Source: Patescibacteria group bacterium (lineage in GTDB: Bacteria; Patescibacteriota; Minisyncoccia; Ryanbacterales; GWA2-47-10b). From it: DNA of 34,422 nt. The stretch lies in NCBI GenBank assembly GCA_038063855.1, contig JBBTUF010000001.1, positions 1-34,422 of the forward strand, written 5' to 3'. The notes under the pieces are model-generated. The model was given only the letters and a program-made list of their open reading frames with translations. It made no database searches and was not told the DNA's origin. Shown here piece after piece: positions 33,023-34,422 of this stretch (within the stretch, counting starts at the first letter, position 1; every line of letters begins with the position of its first letter). A program made the translations under genes and the position numbers.

Positions 33023-33524
33023 TCTCGAGGCATTATTGTTTATATCGGGCGAGCCTGTAGCACGCAAAGATATTTTGCGTCTACTCGCGTGCGATACAAA
33101 AACCCTCGACGAGGCAATCATAAAACTATCGGAAGATTTACAAACGAGAGGCATCCGAGTATTACAGCATGAGGATACTATTACACTTGCTACCGCGCCC
33201 GAAAATTCTGAAATTGTCGAAAAAATTACACGAGAACAGCTTGAAGGAGATCTGTCGCGATCAGCACTCGAGACATTGGCAATAATTCTATGGAAAGGTA
33301 AAGTGTCGCGCTCTGGCATCGATTACATTCGTGGAGTAAATTCTGCTTTTGCACTTCGAGCGCTTTTAATCCGTGGGCTCGTGGAGCGCAGTCAAGACGA
33401 AAAAGACGCACGTGTATACATTTATCGACCAACAATTGATGTATTAAAATTTCTCGGTATTACATCGCTAAAAGATTTACCCGAAATTGAAACGCTATCG
33501 AGCCAAATGAAAGAATATGATTGA
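33006..33524 (+). CDS. scpB: segregation and condensation protein B
   Basis: LEALLFISGEPV...; SRSALETLAIILWKGKVSRSGIDYIRGV (wHTH). Start at ATG 33006 overlaps the scpA end. Confidence 0.85.
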   Translation: MELARSLEALLFISGEPVARKDILRLLACDTKTLDEAIIKLSEDLQTRGIRVLQHEDTITLATAPENSEIVEKITREQLEGDLSRSALETLAIILWKGKVSRSGIDYIRGVNSAFALRALLIRGLVERSQDEKDARVYIYRPTIDVLKFLGITSLKDLPEIETLSSQMKEYD

Positions 33525-34419
33525 AACATTTGGAATTTTTATAGCGCTCGCACTTTCTTTTTTCCCGGCACGATCTCCCTCAAATGCCGAGGTTGCTCCC
33601 GCGCATACAATCCAGCAAGAGCCACATATTATAATTGATGATTCGTACACGGCGCACTCTGTGCTTTTGTTTAATTTTGACGACGACAATAAAATCGCAC
33701 AGCGTGCGAGTGACACGGCACTGCCAATCGCAAGTATTACAAAAATTATGACAGGGTATATTGCACTAAAGAATCTTTCGCCCGAATCCCAGATACGCAT
33801 GAGCAAGGAATCTATCGAGACTGAAGGAACAATCGGCAAGTTTCGAAGCGATGAAATTTTTTCTTTGCCTGGCATTCTAGAAGCTATGATGACAGCCTCA
33901 TCAAACGATGCCGCCATGGCTCTTGCCGAGCATATTGGACGCGAACGCGGTGGTAAAGATTTTGATGAGTCAATACAAATTTTTGTAACCCTCATGAACG
34001 AAACAGCGCACGATCTTGGCATGAGTCATACAACATATATAAACCCAACAGGCCTTGATACAGTTGAAAAAAATCCGAGCAATTACTCGACCGCAGATGA
34101 TCTTGCGATACTATTAAAAACAACGTCGATAGAAACCCCACTCTTGTGGGATTTATCACGAGACTCAAATACCACCATACTTTCAGATCGTGGAGTACCG
34201 CATGATTTTTTTAATCTTAATATTTTAGCGCCACACATTATGCATTTTATTGGAGGAAAGACTGGCTCAACCGATACCGCTCGTGAATCAGTCGTAGAAA
34301 TATTTGAAGCGCCCCTTGGGTTTCGACGTGGGCTTATTGTGCTTGGAGCAGATCCGGGAGGAAAGCGCTTTGAAGAAGCTACTCTCATTATCAATCAAAT
34401 AACATCCGTATTACCATAA
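33517..34419 (+). CDS. D-alanyl-D-alanine carboxypeptidase (S11, PBP5/6-like)
   Basis: SxxK = ASITK; SxN = SSNDAA; KTG = GGKTGST; N-terminal signal/anchor. Confidence 0.85.
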   Translation: MIETFGIFIALALSFFPARSPSNAEVAPAHTIQQEPHIIIDDSYTAHSVLLFNFDDDNKIAQRASDTALPIASITKIMTGYIALKNLSPESQIRMSKESIETEGTIGKFRSDEIFSLPGILEAMMTASSNDAAMALAEHIGRERGGKDFDESIQIFVTLMNETAHDLGMSHTTYINPTGLDTVEKNPSNYSTADDLAILLKTTSIETPLLWDLSRDSNTTILSDRGVPHDFFNLNILAPHIMHFIGGKTGSTDTARESVVEIFEAPLGFRRGLIVLGADPGGKRFEEATLIINQITSVLP

Positions 34420-34422
34420 AAT

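Overview
AT-rich, tightly packed bacterial chromosomal segment with AGGAGG-type ribosome binding sites, many 1-10 nt or overlapping gene junctions, and hairpin plus T-run terminators. Both ends are housekeeping: a tRNA-Lys 3' end and alr on the left; aspS, scpA/scpB and a PBP5-type carboxypeptidase on the right. The middle ~20 kb looks accessory and holds four things of note. (1) An operon of an E1/ThiF-like protein, a HAL-type MIO ammonia-lyase and a PaaK/F390-like adenylating enzyme. (2) A textbook T-box leader on the minus strand, upstream of a class-I glutamine amidotransferase (broken by one in-frame TAA) and a TrpD-like phosphoribosyltransferase. This unit is divergent from a chorismate-mutase-like::methyltransferase fusion and a TrpRS. 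(3) The main candidate system is a thiazole/oxazole (TOMM/LAP)-type RiPP locus. It has a fused SagB-dehydrogenase::YcaO enzyme and an unannotated 44-aa Gly/Cys/Ser/Thr-rich precursor ORF that falls below the 60-aa cut-off of the ORF track. It is flanked by an HExxH protease-like gene, a methyltransferase, an ATP-grasp enzyme and a radical-SAM/SPASM - P-loop kinase - Nudix operon. (4) An IS200-type element with a frameshifted tnpA is inserted directly upstream of the radical SAM operon. Lineage guess (inference only): a reduced-genome, CPR/Patescibacteria-like organism. All family calls come from motif recognition by eye; no database search was run.
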